Positions 14,998 through 30,171 of a stretch of DNA of 64,000 nt are shown piece after piece. The notes beneath the pieces are model-generated. The model had not been told where the DNA came from, did not search any database, and was given only the letters and a program-made list of their open reading frames with translations. Position 1 is the first letter of the stretch; the number at the start of each line of letters is the position of its first letter. The stretch comes from Piromyces finnis finn (lineage: Eukaryota; Fungi; Neocallimastigomycota): positions 372,001 through 436,000 of the forward strand of contig MCFH01000041.1 in assembly GCA_002104945.1 (NCBI GenBank), read 5' to 3'. The position numbers were made by a program, and so were the translations under genes.

Positions 14998-15021
14998 GGA
15001 TATACCTATTATTCTTAAAAA

Positions 15022-18000
15022 ATGATATTAACAATCAAAAAATTTATATTGTGTCTTTCGAATATATTATATACCATTATAATATATAACCAAATATGGA
15101 TAGAAGATTGTCATGGTGAAACTCCGTTATATGATGATTGTTATATTCTTAAAGAAATTGACGAAAAACTAAAATTAAATATAAAAACGTGGGAAAAAAG
15201 AGAGAATAAAAATTTGTTTAATATGGATTGTTGTTCCTATGTTAATGTGGAATGTAGCAATATAGATAATAAAGAAAGAATAGTGGAATTGTATGGATTT
15301 ATTTATTTATTTTATATTCAATACAATAAAAAAAAAAAGTGGAATCAGGGTTTATTGAACGAAAAAAAAATATATATATATTATTACATATTTATATATT
15401 AAAAAATTATATATATATTGATATCTTTTATATAAAATTATAAATACTATCTTGTGTAAAAAATAATAATTCCAGTTCAATATTATATACTAATTCATTT
15501 CATAAAACAATTATTATTATTATTATTATTATCATTTTATATTTATATAGAAATATTAATAATGAAGAATTTAATGGACCATTACCAAAAAAATTTTCAG
15601 ATTTTGAACAACTAATATCACTGTATTTATTAAATATATAATAAGATAATAAGCTATAGTAGATATAAATATTATAAAATAGATATAACGTATTATTAAT
15701 ATTAAAACAAAAATGATAATAATTTAATATTTTTTTCCTATTTACTATTTCATTTAATAAATACTTATATAATAATTAATAAAATTATCATGTATTGAAC
15801 TATTGAACTCTCTATATATAGCTCATTAAAAAATAATAAAATTTCAGGAAGTTTACCAGATTTATCAAAATTAACAAATTTAAAATCATTGTAAGTCAAT
15901 TCTACATTGAAAAACATTTTGCATTCTATTATTGAATATAAAAAATACTAATGGTGACATATTTAAAAATGATTTATATTTGAAGAGATTTATCTGAAAA
16001 TAAATTTGAGGGTGATATACCTAATACCTATGCATCATTAACTAATTTAAATACATTGTAATAATAATATCAGTTATTAAGCTCCTTTTTACATACAAAC
16101 CAATACAAATATATACATTTACACCTATATATTCTTAAAAACTAATTTTAAATTACATATATAAAAAACCTATCCATAGAATATTATCAAACAACCATTT
16201 ATCAGGAACATTACCAGAATGGATTAATTCTTTAAATAATTTAGAGATACTGTAATTTTTTTTTACTAGTATATTAATTATAATAATATTATGTTATTAA
16301 TTAAAAATATCTTTATACTGAAATATATTTTAATTAATATTTTTTACTTTTTTTTTTTTCGAAAATATATATATATATATATTAACTAAAGATGGATTAA
16401 TGATAATAATTTTCATGGAGCAATGTCTGAAAGCTTTGCGGAATTAACCAAGTTACAGTCATTGTAAGTTGATAGATAAATAAATACAGAATTATTAAAA
16501 TTAACAATCATTTATTATAAATTATATATTAAATTAAAAAATGTTTGCTTATATATTTTGTCCATTATTTACAACCATAACAGAAAACTGAATAATAATA
16601 AATTTGAAGGAGATATGTCATTTTTGATGCATTTAAAGGAATTAACATTACTGTAATAAAAATAGTCTATTTACAGTATTATGGAATATATACATATTAA
16701 ATAAAAAATTATTCATACTAATTTTTATGAATATTTTTTTTTTACTCCTATTAATGTATGGTATTATTCAAACAACTAGTGATGCCTCAAATAATAATTT
16801 TTCAGGAGAAATTTTTAAAATACCAAAATCATTAATATCTTGCTATCTTTCCAATAATAATAGTACGCTTTGTATAGATACAAATGTAAATTTTGAACCA
16901 GATATTGATTATTGTCATATGGAATACATTTATGATACAGAAAGTAAGGAAGCCTTTGTCGTAAAAATTGAAATATGCCTTATTATTGGTATAGTGTATA
17001 CATTGATATCAACATGTTTATTTATGCAAACAAAACTCAAAGATTATCAATATCATTTTGAATCTTATTTTAATATGGATGAAAGGGATGAAAGAAGAAG
17101 AATGTTATATAATGATATAAACTATGATACCGCCACAGAATATTCTGTAGATATTGATACACGATCCTATCAAGTGATATATCCTAGAAATGTTAGTCGT
17201 TTATCCCATGAATCCATGGAAAGTCATCAACTCTTTGAAAATGACAAAAAAGTCTATGGTAGTTTTCAAAATATGAATAAAAGTTCAAGAAATTCTATTG
17301 CATCTCAATTTAGAAATAATCTTCCGTTAAAAATAAAAACAAATAATAATGATGAAATGGGTTCTAATTTCGCAACAAATAATTCTTTCTCTCCGGTTAG
17401 TCCACCTTATAGTCCTACACTCAATGATAAAAATGGAACCTATTCTTCAAATAATAGTATTCATAATCCTGAATTGAATAATCAAAATGGTTATATCATT
17501 AAAAATTTATTAGTTCCCATTCTAGAGAAAAATTATACAGGGAGTAACAGTTTAAAAACCCATTCTCCAAAACAAGAAAAAGAAAGCAATACCATGGACA
17601 CTCCCCAACAAGGTACTGGCGTAGATAATGATAACACTCAAAAATTAATAAATCCTCTTGATCATGAAAATGAAAATGACAGTAGAAATGAAAATGAAAG
17701 TGATGATGAAAATAAATTTGAATTTGAAGAAACCAATATGATAAATATTTCACATATTTATGATAAAAATATTTACAGTATAAATACATCAGAGAGTCCA
17801 GCCATGACAAATAATTCTAGTTATACCAATAGTCAATATAATAGTAGTCACAATTTAGGTTCAAATACTAATATGTATAATAGTAACAATAGTATTAATG
17901 TTAATGAAGAAGGTATCCATACTCCTTCTACTCATTATGAATCACATACACCCAATGATATGGAAATTGCAAATAATAATTCTAATACTGTTCCAAATTC

Positions 18001-18442
18001 TAGTAATATATATAATAATATTATACTCTGTAACAGTGAAAATTCCCCCCTAAAAAATAATAATAATATCAATAATATTCATTTGACCAACAAAAATTAT
18101 AATAATATAATAAATCGTTCTATAGAATTACTTAAAAGGAATAGCTATTTAATAGATAATAAAAGTATTGCTAGTAGTAATTTTGTTAGTGCCTATGATA
18201 AAGAACGAGATAGAAATTTTTCTGAATATTTTGATATTTCCATGAATAATAATAATAATTATCCTTCATCATCCAGTAATAAAGGAAAAATGGATAATGA
18301 AATGAAGAGAGATAACACAACCTTTGCAAGTATTGCTAATAGTAATATACATAATTATGCTTTAGAAGAGGGTGATATTCAAAATGCATCATTTTATTCT
18401 ATTCCTATATTTGATAATAAATCGAATGAAAATAAAAATTAG
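15022..18442 (+). CDS. LRR receptor-like membrane protein: signal peptide, Cys cap, plant-type LRRs, single TM, low-complexity cytoplasmic tail; 8 exons
   Basis: Exons are 15022-15290, 15551-15622, 15822-15890, 15986-16057, 16180-16251, 16392-16463, 16584-16652 and 16780-18442. Internal exons encode xLxxNxxxGxLPxxxxxLxxLxxL repeats (e.g. DLSENKFEGDIPNTYASLTNLNTL). The TM segment is IEICLIIGIVYTLISTCLFM. Confidence 0.85.
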
Positions 18443-19410
18443 TAAAAAAAAAAAAAGTTTAATAAAATACAAATATATATATATATATATAAAGTATATT
18501 TATTATAAACATTTAATATATATTATATTAATAAATATTATAAATTATAAATATTATAATATATAATATATAATTATAATTATAAATAAGAGTATAGTTA
18601 TGAATAAATAATAAAAGTTATCTATTAAAAAAAAATTATAATAAAAATTTTTCATAGAAAAAAATACTAAATCTAATTTTTTTATAATAAAGGGTAAAAA
18701 AAAAAAAAAGAAAAAGGAAAAGAAAGAGGTATATTAATTTATACTAAATGTTTATCTATTTTTTTTTCTTTTCTTTATTATTATTATTTTCATTTTATCA
18801 CTATGAATTTTGTTAAGGAAATCATTATTTTATTTTATGGAAGCAGGAAAAAAAAAAAAAAAAAGTAAAAATGGTAGTTTATAAATTAATTCTTTTATAA
18901 CTATGTTGTTATCATAGGAGATTAGTTTTATTGATATTACTACTTTATTATAATTATTATTATTAGACTATTTTATTTTGTTTCTTCATTTTCATTATTC
19001 CCAAAGATATATTAATATATTAACAATATAAAGTTCAATTCTTTTAAACCTTGGCTTTTTTAAAGTCTTCACTTTTTCTTTTATTGGGAATATTTCAAAT
19101 GAAACAAAAGAAATGATAAAACTTTAAAAAACATAAAGTTTTTTTTTTTTACCATAATCACCTCATATCACTTTTTATAGTGTCTGGAAAATGTACTAAA
19201 AAATGAAAATAAGCTTTAATATTTATTTTAATTTCTTAATTTCAATTGGAGGATTTAAAAAAAAATGACAACTTTAATACTAAAAGAAATTCATATTTTT
19301 TTTTTTTTTTTTTTACTTTTTTAATAAGGTTTTAATTCAATGAACCTTTTCTCATTTGAAACTATCAACATCTAATTCCTATTCTTTCTAATTATTATTA
19401 TTTCATAAAC

Positions 19411-19626
19411 TAAAAGTTTTAAAAAAGGTTGCTTTTTTTTTTTGTTATTATTATTATTGATTAAAGTTTTTTTTATTAAATAAATTTTTTTATTAAAAAT
19501 AAAAATAAGCCGTTAAATTATTTTTGATATAAAAATTTATTTAATATAAAAAATAATTATAATAGAAATGTAAAAAAAAAAAAAAATAAAAAATAAAAAA
19601 AAAAGCAACCTTTTTTAAAACCTTTA
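19411..19626. repeat. Fold-back (inverted repeat) element, possibly MITE-like
   Basis: A 27-bp perfect inverted repeat (GTTTTAAAAAAGGTTGCTTTTTTTTTT at 19416-19442, complement at 19595-19621) with an additional internal inverted repeat. Confidence 0.45.
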
Positions 19627-20427
19627 AGAGATGCAATAAAAATAGAAAGAGGAAGAGAGAATTAATAATAATAAAAATATAAAAAAAAAAGAGTTAATAA
19701 TGGAAAAAAAAAAAGTTGACTTTTTTCTTATTTTTTTTTTTTTTTGTTGTTTTATATTTTTTATTTTTAATATATATTATATATTATAATATATTTAATT
19801 ATTGAATTTAATATATTTATTAAATAAAATAAATTAAATAAATATATATTAGTACTAAAATTATATATATAAATTATGATTCTCGTGTTTATTATGAATT
19901 GATTGTAATTATATTATTTTATAATAAAAAATGTTTATTTATATAAAAAAAGCATAACACGATTTTTTATAAAAAAATAAAAAAAAAAAAAAAAAGAAAT
20001 CACTTGTTTAAAAAGTAACAACAAAAAAAAAACAATTAATATTTCATTATTATTTATATATAAATATATATAAAAAACAATTCATCCCTACTATATTTAT
20101 ATATAGTAAAGAAAGCATAACCAATAATAATTCCCATTTTCAATATATTTTTCTTTCTGTTTAATTGTACAAAAAAGAAAAGGAATAACAGGAAAAAAAA
20201 CACAAAAATATACAAGACATTTAGTTTAAATTTAATACCATGTAAATATATTAAAAAAAAAAAATTAAAATTCAAAATAATAAATTCTGTTGTCTATTTC
20301 TATATATTCTTCTTAAAATAAATTCTTCAAAATTATTATAATTTTTTAAAGAGATTTTTATTAATATATTATTTTTCAACTTAACATTTTATAAATTATC
20401 AAAAAAAAAAAAAAAAAAACTAATAGC

Positions 20428-21988
20428 ATGAACGTAAATTTAAATAACAATAAAGGCATTTCAACAATTATTTCAAACCTTTCATTGGTTATTTCATTTT
20501 GTTTCTTTATTGTAAGTCTATTATGAAAAGACCATATATATATTTAATATAAGATGTTTTAAAATTTTAATGAGTAATATATAATATAATTTTATATTTA
20601 TTTGTAAATCTATCATACCATTCACTATAATTTACAAATTCGATTTTTCAATTGTAATTTTGCTTATTGATTTTATCAACGATTATATTTATATTAAAAT
20701 TGGAAATGATATTCTACATGGATTATTATCATAAAAAAAAAAAAAAAATCAATGGAAATAGATTGGTTGGTTAATTTCATTTATATCATCCTTTGTATAC
20801 ACTAGTAATATACAGTATAATAGATCTTGGATATGGTGGATTGTCATTAATGGACTTATTAGTGTTGCTGTTATCTTTTTAGTTATTGACAAAGACCAAA
20901 TGAATGGTTATCGCTTTGCTGTATCCTTTTTTTTAAATAGACATAATTTGACATAATTTATATAATGAAAGAAAATTGAAATTCAATAATGAAATAAATA
21001 ATTGGCTATCATAATTTATTTACCTTAACTCTGCTATATTTTCCTTTTATATATATTAAAAAATAAACATTAAATAGCTTATGACTTATTTAGGTATTTG
21101 CATTAATTGGTCTATTGGTTTAGTTAATGTAAGCAAAATAAATATTTTTTTTATTTTTATATTTACATTTCCATTTACTAATAATAAAATAATGTAGAGT
21201 TTAATTCATGTTAATGAAGCTTCAGGAAATGCTATTGGTGTTGGTAAGTTTTTAAAAAAATAATTATAAACTAAAAAAAAGTTACTAATGTATATATTAT
21301 ATTATATGAACGAAACTAAATAATTCACACAAAAAAAAAAAATAAAATAAAATCTCTATTCATTATGTTAACTAAAGGTCAATTATTAATTTCTGTTGGT
21401 TATGTAAGCAATCTTAATTCTTAAATTTTATATGAAATAGCATAGGCGAAACAAGTAATATTAATAATGATAAATTTATAATAATATATTTAATAGTTCA
21501 TTTGGATCCTTTATTTTGGATGCGATAAGGAAACCACTATTGGAAAATTTACTGGCTACAATGGAATTTTAAAGAATAATCAGCAAGCCAATGTTAATAA
21601 CAATAACAATAATGCCAATAATAATAATAATACCAGTTTCAATTACAACATTCCAATGGCCTCTGCTGAAAACACAATACTAAGTGAACCAAGTCATATT
21701 AATACTCCACCACCACAAACTAACCTTCGTGCTGAAGCTTTATTTGATTATACAGCAAATAAGGAAGATCCAAATGAAATTTCATTTGTTCAAGGAGAAA
21801 CCATAGATATTATTGATAATAATGTAATTATATCTTTTTATCTTTATTGTCTCTTATTTAACACAATAATATATATATCATCTAATAAAAAAAATTTTTA
21901 TAAAAAAATATAGGGTCGTTGGTGGCAAGCTAGAAAAGCTGATGGTACTATGGGTATTGTACCATCAAACTTTTTCAAAGTTATATAA
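20428..21988 (+). CDS. SHO1: Sho1 osmosensor (4 TM plus C-terminal SH3), multi-exon
   Basis: Spliced exons give IGWLISFISS...WIWWIVI...YRFALMTYLG...FIWILYFGCD (Sho1-type IWIxYFG motif) and the SH3 domain AEALFDYTANKEDPNEISFVQGETIDIIDNN|GRWWQARKADGTMGIVPSNF. Confidence 0.9.
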
Positions 21989-23151
21989 ATGTAAATAAAA
22001 TCATATTGTAAAAAAAGGAAAAAAAAAGAAAAATATTTAAAAAAAAGTATTTTTTTTTCATCATATAGCCATCAAAAAGAAAAATTAAGAAAAAAAAAAA
22101 TAAAAAAAATTATTTATATAAAAATATATAATATTTATATTTTATTTATAAATTTATATATATATGTATGTAATTTTTACTGTAGTTTTTACAGTTAATT
22201 ATTTCTATATATATCAACTTTTTATATATATTATATATATACACTATATGCATATTATATAAAAAAAAAAAATATTTATTTTTATTAAACTATTTTTTAG
22301 CAAAAAAAAAAAAAAAAAAATCCTTTATATGTTGATTATATATATATAATCAATAGCAAATTCTTTAATTTTTATTTTATCTCACTATTACTATTTTATC
22401 TGATAGAAAAAAAAAAAAAAAGCTAACTAGAATTTATATTATTATAAAAGAAAAATGAAAAAAAAAATATTCTATCCTAATAAATAAAATAGTTATTTAT
22501 TATCGATAGGCTATTAATTTTATTCACGCTACTATTTTTTATTATTATCATGCTTATTTTTTTTTTTTTTTAATAAAAAAAAAAAAAAATAAAAAGAATA
22601 ATAATGAAAAAAGAAAAAGAAAAATATAAATATTGGTATATTATGTAGTATTTATTGTATTCCTAATAAAATAAAATAAAATAAAATATTTAAAAATAAA
22701 AACATTTCTGATAATTATTAATATTTTATATAGCCTAAAAGGTTTCGATGATTTATAGGGGTGTATTGTTATTATTTTATTAATATAAAATTTACAAAAA
22801 AAATAAGATTTTTTATCATAGGTATGTAGTAGAAAAAATACACAGAAAAAGAAAAAAAAAAGTTTATTTTCATTATAAAAAAAAAAAAAAAAAATACCTA
22901 AATAAGATAAACTATATAGATATATATATAGATTATATATTCATCATTATAATACTTTTATATCTATTTAGATTATCATTTTTAATCTTACAAAATATTG
23001 AAATTCCAGTTACAAAATAATAATATGATAATTTATTGTAATTTTTTCTTATCGTTAGATATAATATGATCATAATCATGTCATTTCATTTTTACATTAT
23101 AATTCATTATTTCTTTTATTAAAGTTTGTATCCATGAGCATCAGGTTTATA

Positions 23152-23208
<57 letters not shown>

Positions 23209-23217
23209 GTTATTCTA

Positions 23218-23253
<36 letters not shown>

Positions 23254-23262
23254 GTTATTCTA

Positions 23263-23295
<33 letters not shown>

Positions 23296-23313
23296 GTTGT
23301 TGTTGTTATTCTA

Positions 23314-23409
<96 letters not shown>
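23152..23409. repeat. (ATT)n microsatellite with recurring GTTATTCTA interruptions
   Basis: Read directly from the sequence; the poly-Ile track ORF here is an artefact of the repeat. Confidence 0.95.
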
Positions 23410-23410
<1 letters not shown>

Positions 23411-24242
23411 CTTTATTTTTTTTTTAACTTTTTCTCAATAAATAGAAAAAGGTCATGTTGATAGATAAATGCAATAAATATATGATTATATGGACTAATA
23501 AAATAATATTATATATAAAGTATATTCTATAAAATAAACTTTAAAGTTTTTTAATTATTATCATGTTTTTTATAATTATCCTTTGGATTTAATATCAATT
23601 TGATAATATCATCTTTTTTAGCCATTTTTATTTGAAATCTAATTTAATAATTTTTATATATTCGCCATATTTTATATTATAAAAAAAAGGGAATTTGTAA
23701 TTTGTGTTATATATCATATTATAATGTATTATAATAGATATGGATTAAATTATTTTTAAATTTATATAGTACTATTAATTTTTCAAAGTTTAAAGTTTTT
23801 GAAAAAAATAAAAAACCTTCTTTATAATTTATTATTATTATTATTATAGTTTATAGGTCAGGCCTAAAAATACAAAGCCATCTCGTGTTTCTATCTAAAA
23901 TTATTAAAATCTATTAATATTTATTTAAAATTTATTGAGGAATGACTAATGATAAACGAATAGGATGAAAATTCAATATCCTTTAATAATAATTTTAATG
24001 GCTATAATTTTTAAAATTTAAAATAAAACAAAGTTTGAGGTTTATTTTATTAAAGATCATTCCTCTTTTTTTTTTTTTTTTTTTTTAAATTAAACCTTAT
24101 AAATTAAATTGATATTTAAAATTTTTATTTTTTTATTGATAATAAATTTTATTTTTACATAATACAATTTGTTTTATATTAGAAAAAAGGTTTAAGGATA
24201 AAGAACAAAAAAAGAATAAATACATTATTCTAATTATCATTG

Positions 24243-24290
<48 letters not shown>

Positions 24291-25228
24291 TATGTTGTTG
24301 TTGTTGTTATTTTGGATATAAAACTCTCATCATTTTGTATTCTAATGATATATATGGGTGTATAGGTAAAAGGATATTGCACTTGTCACTTAAAAGCATT
24401 ATTATTATTAAAAGATATTAATATGATCTATTTTTTATATAAAAGTCTTAGACTATTTTTATTCTAATAATTTTAAAATAATAAAGAAAAATAAAACCCT
24501 TTTTCCTTTCTTTATTCATATATCTTTTTTTAAAAAAAAAAAAAAATTTTTTTATTGTCATATTCTTTTATTTTTTAATCAAAATTCTTCGTGTGAAAAA
24601 AAAAGGTAATAACCTATCTTGAGCTAATTTTTCTGTTTAAAAAAATTAATATTCTTTTCTCCTTTAATAAAAATTAAAATAATTTTTCAATTTGTATAGG
24701 ACCGACCTCAATTAAAAATATTTATATATAAATTTAAAACTATATATCATAAATTAGAATACTTTTTTCTTTTGAAAGAAAAATATTTCATAAAAAAATT
24801 TTAAAGTTTAATTATTTTTTTTACCTAAAAAGTACAAAATTAAATTTTTAATTGAAATATTAAATATTTACAATATAATGTAATATATAGAATCAATATA
24901 TGAACACATTTTCTATAGAATTAGTTTATATTAAAAATAGGTTATTATTTTTAATAGTGTTAATGTTTCTTTTTATCAATTTTTTGATGATGCATCTATT
25001 TCATTAATGATTCATCCATGCATTATATTTATTGTTGATTCATAGATATATATAAAAGGAATAGATAAATAAGATTTAATTAAATATAATATTATTGCCA
25101 TTATTATTAAACTTTATAAACTTATTAAAAATATCATTATATAGGTAAAATAATAATATAGCTTTATAATTTTCTTATAAAGTTATATATATAAATATTT
25201 TTAAAAAAAAAATATTATAATATATAAA

Positions 25229-25266
<38 letters not shown>

Positions 25267-28200
25267 TAATTATTATTATTATTATTATTATTCTAATTAT
25301 TATTATTATTATTATTATTCTAATTATTATTATTATTATTATTATTTCTATTAAAATTAATATTATTATTATTATTGTTATTATTATTTCTATTATTGTT
25401 GTTAAAATTATTATTATTATTATTTCATTGTGATTAAAATTTTAAAATTGGTTTATAGAAATAAGCTTTTTAATTATTTTTTTAATTATGTTATTAATAA
25501 TATAATTTTACTTTTTTTAATATGTTGTGTGTGAATTAGGAATATATGACATTTCTAATTAAAACAAATGTATTATATTATTATTATTATATATTTTTAT
25601 ATATTTTAAAAATAACTAAAACCTTATTTATAAACTTGACTAAAAAAAAAATAGAAAAATTAATAATCCATACATATATATAATAAAAAGATAATTAAAG
25701 TCATTCATTTCTCCTTTTTTTTAAAAAAATTTTTTAACATTTTTTCTTTTTTACCAACTTTAAAAAACACCTTTTTTAAAAAAACGTTTTCAGTGTAATT
25801 GTTGAAAAAAATAACAATTTAATAATTATTCAATAAAAACAAAAAAAAAAAAAAAAGAAATGAACTATTATAATTATATATAAAAACTAAAAAAAAAAAA
25901 AAAAAAAAATTAAAAAAAAAAGCAATAAAAAAAACTTTATATTTTATTTTCCTATAGGTTTCATAAAAAAGGAAAAAATTAATATATAAAATAATTATAT
26001 TAAAATATATATATCCTATTATACCTATTCTATTTGTACAGTTGTAACTTTTTTCTTAATAAAAGATAAAAGTTAAAAAAAAAAGTGACAAAAATATAAA
26101 CAACATCAACAAAAAAAAAAAAATACATTTATTGATATCAAATTATTTTTATCTTTATTTTGTTAAAAAAAAACGATAACTTTATTATTTCATTTAATAA
26201 TAATACCTCTATTTTTCTTTACACCATTATTTTGTTCTTTTAAATATAAATTTATCAACTTGGATAAAATAATTATTTTTTTTCTTACTTTTCGATAATG
26301 AATGAAATAAAGAATATACGTAATACTCTCAGTTACAATAAAATTATTCAACCTTTCAATTAAAAATATTTTCTTTCCTTTAATACCTCATAATAATAAA
26401 TATATTTAACCAACAAATCCTAAAACAACATATTATAAAAAAAAATGAATAACGAAAAAAAAATTATACATTCTAAACAATAAATTAATATATATATATA
26501 AATTTTTGAAAAAAGAATATTATAATAATATAATTAGTAGGAACAACCTTTTTTTATATAAATATCAACAATAGTATTTTATATATTTAATATCTTTATT
26601 TTTTAACTATTTTATTCTATTTAATATTTAATTATCAGAAAAAAAAAATGGTTATATAATTTATAATTATAAAAAAAAAAAAAAAAAAATTAACTGGTTA
26701 TATTTTTGTTTTCATCATAAACAACAACATTCAAAATTTTAATTTAAATATGGTTATATAAATATTTTATATTTTAATAATAATAAAAATAATTCAACGA
26801 TTTTTTTTTTTTATTTTATTTTAATAACATTAATATATATATTTTTTACTTTATATAAGACATATAAAAATCATTATTTAATTCAATAATATTATAATAT
26901 CTTGAAAAAAAAATAATTAATTGAAATACTCAACAAATTTTACAATATAAATTTACTTTTTATATATAATTTTTTAACTTTTTATCATAAAAACTGGATA
27001 CTTTTTATTAATATAGCGTTTCACACTTTTTTTTTTTTTTTACTTCCTTTTCATTTATTAACTATTAATTAATAAAATTTTCTCATTTCTCTTTATATTA
27101 ATTTTATTATTAATTGGTTTTGATATAAAAAAAATAGGCTTAATTAGTATTAAATAATTTATTTATTATTCTACTAATTATTAATTTATCTTTAAAAATA
27201 GCGTTAATTCACTCTTTAAATTTATAATTTATAAAATAAAAGGAAAAAAAAATTTTTTTTTTCTTAGTCTTTTATAGTAATTAATTATTAATATCATTTT
27301 ATAAATAAAAAAAATTAAAAATTTTTAACAAAGAAAACGATATAAAAGAATTTAAATTCAACATATAGAAAAAAGGTAAGTTTTTTTTTTCTTTCTTCAT
27401 TAATTTAAACCATAAAATGAAACAATTCACTTTAAATTGAAAGTTTGTAAAAGTCACTATTATGAAAGAATAAAATTTTATATATTAAAATTTTTTGGTA
27501 GTACAAATAAAAAACCAATATTATAATTAAATATTAAAATTAAATATTAAAAAAAAGGATGGTTGAAAAATAGTATAATTCTAACAAAGAATAAAACACA
27601 TTTTTATTATATCAATTGAATAAAAGATAAATGTAAAATAATAGAATGTAACTGTATTTATTTTCATTTCCATTAAAAATCATCTTCCAATGTCAATGTC
27701 AATAGGATAAAATAAAAAAAAAAATAAAAAAATAAAAACGACTTTAAGATATATAATCCATTTAAAAATAAGAAATAATAATTGATAAGAAATTTGGAAA
27801 TATATAAAGATATAATTAGTTATAAAGTCACGATAAGTTTCTATAAATAAAATGGATGATTAAAAGAGAGTCTAGACCTCTATTTATTAAATTGATAATA
27901 TTAAAATGATTTAAATTATTGATTAAAAAAAAAAAAGCACCTGTTCATCATCACATTTATATACTGGTCGACTCTAACCATAATACTAATATAACAATAG
28001 AATACCTGTCATAAGCAAATCATCTTACCTAAATACAAATAGTATTAAACTTTGAATTTACCATTATCATAATGTATACATTAATATACATTAATATACA
28101 ATAATAAATTAATTCATTTATAAATGTAAATTTTAATAATTGATAATATATGATAAGGGTTAGAATTATTGAGAGATAATCCTATTTAAAAAATTTCCTC

Positions 28201-30171
28201 CAACCACCACCACTCCTTCCAACATTTTATATTAAAATGAATTTAATATAAAAAATTAATTTTTAATATAAATTTTGATAATTTTTTTATATTAAAAAAG
28301 ATAAAAAAAAATAAAAATAAAAATTTTCTTTAGTTGATAAGCTTAATAAAAAAAGTTAAAAAAAAATAGAGATAATAGTTTTTTCAATTTTTTTTTTCAA
28401 TTTTTTATTATTATCTTTTTTCTTATTCAAAGATAATTTTATATTAAAGAGAGAAAAAATACTAAAGCAATGAAATAATAAAAAAGAATAACTTGAATAT
28501 AAAACTATAATTTATTCAAGTTTGTACACGCACATTCATTTAAAAATAATAATAGAAAGTCAATGTTATTTCAATAATTAAATTGTAAAATAAAACTCAT
28601 TAAAATTTAGAGTAACTTCACCCATACATATAGTATAATTAAGAATAAAAAATAATTAAAAAACACTATTTTAAGATTCAATTTGATATTGAATTAAAAA
28701 TAATCATAAAATCATAATCATAGAATTTTTATAGAATTATCAAAATTAGTTTCTTTTTTATTTCAAATAAACTTTCAATTTAAAGCAATTCTTTTTTTTA
28801 AAAAAAACAATTTCAATATTATAAATATTTTATATATTTCTGAAATATTAATAATATACAAATTTTCTGTAAATAATAATTTATTAATACTTTTATAACT
28901 ACCAAAAGTCGATCTTTTAACACCAACAAAGGTAATTCATTTTATATATTTTATATATTATATATATTTCATTCTTAAAAAAAAAAAGCACTATTGAAAA
29001 GAAAAAGATAATATAATCAATATGGTATGTTAACCCTAAATTTAAGCAACAAATTTACTAGTTCAATAAATTCCATACAACAAGAATTTGTTCATCTTTC
29101 AAATAAACATCATTTAAACAAACCATTTATTTAAACCCACCTCCTACACTTGTTACGGCAGCAAACAAAAATTTAAATTGTTCCTTTAAAATGTGCTATA
29201 TTAAATTAATAAATTTAGTAATAATTCTTAATTTAGTACCAACAAAATTAGCTTATAAAATTAAAGTTACACATTAATTTATTTTAGGTAGTACATGATT
29301 CAATAGTAATTTTAAATTATTTTCATTTGATAAGGCATCACCTCCCTAAATGGACAATAGCAACAGCCAAACAGGCAATAAATTCAAACTTTAAATGCTA
29401 TGATATGGGAGACACCAATCATAATAAATAGGAGATTTATCAAGTGACACTAAAGTTTAATTTATATAATTTTTATAATTTGATAAGATCATTTGCTTCC
29501 ATTTAATATAAATAAAATGAAAAATAGAATAAAGAATTCTACATAAAAATATGTAGACAGTGGAATGATCATATGATCAAATCAAAACAAAAAAGAAAAC
29601 ACTTTTTATGGAACAAAATTTTCTTTATTTACCAGCTTATCATTTTTACTATTAAAAATATTGACTGACATGATAAACCATCAATCCATAAAAAAAGATT
29701 GGGATAAAACATTAACGCCAATATATATTATTGGATTATCAGCATTTAACAACATCTATATTAAAAAAACAAATAAAAGCAAAAAAAAACTATTTCATCA
29801 TTTCAATGTTTAAAAATCACTTTATTCTATATGTAAAAACAAACGTTTATTTTTTAAAAGAGTCACATGAATATTAAAAAGATAAAAATGTTGATATAAA
29901 ATAATATATATTAAAATATATTAAAGCATATCATTTAATATATTAAAGATTTCAATAGTGTAACCATAAATTTAAGAGTATTTAATATATAATGTTGCAT
30001 ATACTAATTTTATATTATTTTATTATATATTGATAGATAGTTTTTAAAAAATTTCTAAAGAACATCAACAATATATTATCATTATATTGTAATATATAAT
30101 AGTTATTGAAAAATAAAAAAATAGAATTTAGTATACTCTATATATAAGTTTAAAAAAAGTATTTTTTTTAA

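Noticed and set aside
29040-29780. Less AT-rich patch with short peptide-like frames on the minus strand (e.g. HILKEQFKFLFAAVTSVGGGFK)
   Set aside because: Multiple stops and frameshifts and no recognisable family. It may be a decayed gene or TE but cannot be supported without a search.
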